Assembly: GCA_963828165.1 (NCBI GenBank)
Contig: CAWHDR010000001.1
Coordinates: forward strand, 1,024,001 to 1,088,000
Origin: an uncultured Chloroflexia bacterium
GTDB taxonomy: Bacteria; Chloroflexota; Limnocylindria; Limnocylindrales; CSP1-4
DNA length: 64,000 nt
Direction: 5' to 3'
The translations under genes were made by a program, and so were the position numbers. Positions 62,549 to 64,000 of this stretch are shown piece by piece (within the stretch, counting starts at the first letter, position 1; the number at the start of each line of letters is the position of its first letter). The notes under the pieces are model-generated. The model did no database searches. It was not told the origin of the DNA and worked only from the letters and a program-made list of their open reading frames with translations.

Positions 62549-64000
62549 TTGACCGAAACCACCCTCGCGCCCAAGCTGCCGCGCCCTGCCCATGCGCCCG
62601 ACCGCGGACCGCGCGACGACACGTTCTACGATCTCGTCGAGGCGCGTCTGCGCCGGCTGGTCCGTGACAACCCGATCCTGGGAACCGCCATCGGCCTCCA
62701 CGCGCTCGACGACGAGCTCGGCGACGGCGGACGGGAGGCGGTTCTGGCCGAGCTCGAGGCCGACCGGCGCCACCTGGCGAAGATCGAGGGACTCGATCCC
62801 GCCGACCTGTCGGCGACCGCCCGCTTCGAGCGCGACCTGGAGATGCACAACGTTCGCCGGTCCATCTTCGACGCCGATGTGCTGCGCATCTGGGAGCGTC
62901 GTTCGTTGGCCCTGGACACGATCGGCGACGGGCTGTTTCTCCTGTTCGCCCGCGATCATGCCCCCCTCGCCGAGCGACTGACGGCCATCGCCGGGCGCCT
63001 GGAGGCCATCCCCGGGTACCTCGATCAGTCGCATTCCCGCGCGGTCGGGCCGCAGGTCCGGACGTGGCAGCAGGTCGAGATCGAAACCGCCGCCGAGATC
63101 CCCACCTTCCTCGATGAGATCGTCGCGGCCGCGGACGGAACCGTCGATGGGCCGGAGCGCCGCCGCCTGCGGCGGGCCGCGGACGCCGCCAAGATCGCCG
63201 TCGAGCTCTACGCGAGCTGGCTCGAGGGAACGCTCGCGGACGGGACCGACGACTGGCCGATCGGGCGCGAGCGGCACGACGCGCTCGTTGCCCACCGCGC
63301 CTTCGATGGCCTCGACGCGGACGAGATCCTGGAGCTCGGCTGGCAGAAGCTGGCGGAAGCGAAGGCGGCCCGGATCGCCGCCGCGCACGAGGTCGATCCG
63401 GACGCATCTGAAGCCGAGGTCGTCGATCGGGTCAAGTCGGACCAGCCCGCCGATTTCACGGCCGCGCTGACCGCGTACGAGACGTCGATGCATCGAGCGC
63501 GCGCCCACCTGATCGAGCGCGACCTGGTCACCGTGCCGGCCGACGAGCGGATCGACGTCATCGAAACGCCCGAGTACCTGCGCAACGTCATCCCGTTCGC
63601 CGCCTACTTCGAGCCCGCGACGTTCGACCCGGATCCGAAGGGCATCTACATCGTCACCCCGTCGGTGGGCGGCGACGCGAACGCGATGCGGGAGCACAAC
63701 TACGCCTCGATCAGCAACACCAGCATCCACGAGGCGTATCCCGGCCACCACCTGCAACTCGACACCGCCCGCCGGCACCCGTCGCTGACGCGCCTCCTGG
63801 CGGACGCACCCGAGTTCGTGGAGGGCTGGGGGATGTACTCGGAGCTGATGATGCGCGAGCACGGCTTCGACGACGACCCCCACTTCCGGGTCGTGATGCA
63901 TACCGACGCGATCTGGCGGGCGTGCCGGATCATCCTGGACGTCCGGATGCACCGGGGCGAGGTCACGCTCGACGAGGCGGTCGACTTCATCGTCGGACAC
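62549..64000 (+). CDS. DUF885 family protein (partial, runs off window)
   Basis: AGGAG SD + TTG; manual translation shows HEAYPGHH, FVEGWGMYSE, RIILDVRMH. Confidence 0.88.
   Translation, partial: MTETTLAPKLPRPAHAPDRGPRDDTFYDLVEARLRRLVRDNPILGTAIGLHALDDELGDGGREAVLAELEADRRHLAKIEGLDPADLSATARFERDLEMHNVRRSIFDADVLRIWERRSLALDTIGDGLFLLFARDHAPLAERLTAIAGRLEAIPGYLDQSHSRAVGPQVRTWQQVEIETAAEIPTFLDEIVAAADGTVDGPERRRLRRAADAAKIAVELYASWLEGTLADGTDDWPIGRERHDALVAHRAFDGLDADEILELGWQKLAEAKAARIAAAHEVDPDASEAEVVDRVKSDQPADFTAALTAYETSMHRARAHLIERDLVTVPADERIDVIETPEYLRNVIPFAAYFEPATFDPDPKGIYIVTPSVGGDANAMREHNYASISNTSIHEAYPGHHLQLDTARRHPSLTRLLADAPEFVEGWGMYSELMMREHGFDDDPHFRVVMHTDAIWRACRIILDVRMHRGEVTLDEAVDFIVGH

Overview
High-GC (~70%) bacterial chromosomal window. 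Gene style suggests Chloroflexota, possibly Limnocylindria/Ellin6529-like; this is inference only. About 13 genes carry 1-bp frame disruptions that look like long-read assembly errors. Positions 1-21 kb hold a methylated-glycine catabolic region. It has a split cobalamin methyltransferase module (RamA/ASKHA activator, pterin-binding methyltransferase, small 'virulence-factor' domain protein, corrinoid protein) divergent from an IclR regulator. It also has sarcosine oxidase soxBDAG, a betaine-aldehyde-type ALDH, a glycine-betaine ABC importer and an Arthrobacter-type dimethylglycine oxidase. Next come a PotABCD-like ABC transporter with a HAD hydrolase and a GAF3-GGDEF-GAF-GGDEF-EAL protein. 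The rest is mostly housekeeping or accessory genes: BI-1, SufT, DUF433, GNAT, pabB/pabC, DmpA, rhodanese, CtpA, MFS, KamA, MMPL+AttH, Fur+ZIP, ribokinase, SDR, CoA-transferase III, MshB/Mca, CapA, tRNA-Asp, LtaE and two DUF885-type proteins. I saw no mobile elements or CRISPR arrays. The best leads are the hybrid B12/oxidase betaine pathway, an unexplained ~95-nt structured element between MFS and kamA, a globin-fold + DUF433 gene pair, an orphan protease-prodomain lipoprotein, several palindromic operators, and pervasive leaderless promoters. All assignments come from reading the sequence; no searches were run.
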